This document shows, piece by piece, positions 63,933 to 64,000 of a DNA stretch of 64,000 nucleotides; the stretch's first letter is position 1, and the number at the start of each line of letters is the position of its first letter. The stretch is from Clostridia bacterium (GTDB lineage Bacteria; Bacillota; Clostridia; Oscillospirales; CAG-272), in NCBI GenBank assembly GCA_017466685.1, contig JAFTTS010000118.1:9899-73898 (forward strand), written 5' to 3'. The notes beneath the pieces are model-generated. The model saw only the letters and a program-made list of their open reading frames with translations. It was not told the origin of the DNA and did no database searches. A program made the position numbers and the translations under genes.

Positions 63933-64000
63933 TTATTCTTCAACCGTGATTGCCTCGGCGAGCTGACTGTCAATACTGTAGCGTCCATCCTTTATTGAAA
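63933..64000 (-). CDS. feoA: FeoA-family protein, C-terminal fragment (gene enters from beyond the window)
   Basis: The minus-strand frame reads ...SIKDGRYSIDSQLAEAITVEE then stop (TAA complement at 63933-63935). This resembles a FeoA C-terminus and sits upstream of feoB. Only 22 codons are visible. Confidence 0.45.
   Translation of the reverse strand, partial: SIKDGRYSIDSQLAEAITVEE

Overview
This is a chromosomal window from a moderate-GC Firmicute, Clostridia-like by gene content. I support about 60 CDS, 3 tRNAs, one ribosomal-protein leader RNA, and many sigma-A promoters and hairpin terminators. I saw no CRISPR array, transposase, integrase or rRNA. The layout is as follows.

- **1-11391 (minus):** one tightly packed operon. 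It is a Gram-positive-type pel exopolysaccharide cluster (pelD-pelE-pelA(deacetylase)-pelF-pelG) that runs without a break into cotH, a VTC (polyphosphate-polymerase-like) gene and a DUF4956 gene.
- **11477-12788:** trxB and trxA.
- **13057-14729:** a Mor-like HTH gene, an AIM24 gene and a membrane-protein gene.
- **14876-17209:** a class-III aminotransferase gene divergent from an AraC regulator gene.
- **17222-23812 (minus):** an AT-richer block next to tRNA-fMet and tRNA-Leu. It encodes a dlt-like cassette (MBOAT, SGNH/DltD-like protein, AMP-ligase, carrier protein) interrupted by a DASS/SLC13 transporter gene.
- **24236-33041 (plus):** a six-gene envelope operon: MBOAT, AlgJ/DHHW-like protein, VanX-like dipeptidase, RCC1-repeat protein, transglutaminase-domain protein, lipoprotein.
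- **33078-40228:** an Opp-type ABC importer with unusually large components.
- **40420-52704:** housekeeping genes: gpsA-like, YegP, tRNA-Ser, YeiH, Cu/Zn-SOD-like, split chrA, rplJ-rplL with L10 leader, DUF554, LysR, feoAB, a 2-hydroxyacid dehydrogenase and pepT.
- **52796-61135:** a putative amino-sugar utilisation cluster: solute-binding protein, DegT aminotransferase, SDR, two AraC regulators, MBL hydrolase, PIG-L deacetylase and a DUF4432 epimerase.
- **61179-64000:** a second feo locus with a Cys-rich small protein and a membrane-anchored HMA fusion.

The leads most worth following are:

- the pel-cotH-VTC-DUF4956 fusion operon;
- the PelD receptor carrying an intact N-terminal HD-GYP domain;
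- the transporter-containing dlt-like island.

All family assignments come from motifs I recognised by eye in the translations. No database search was run.
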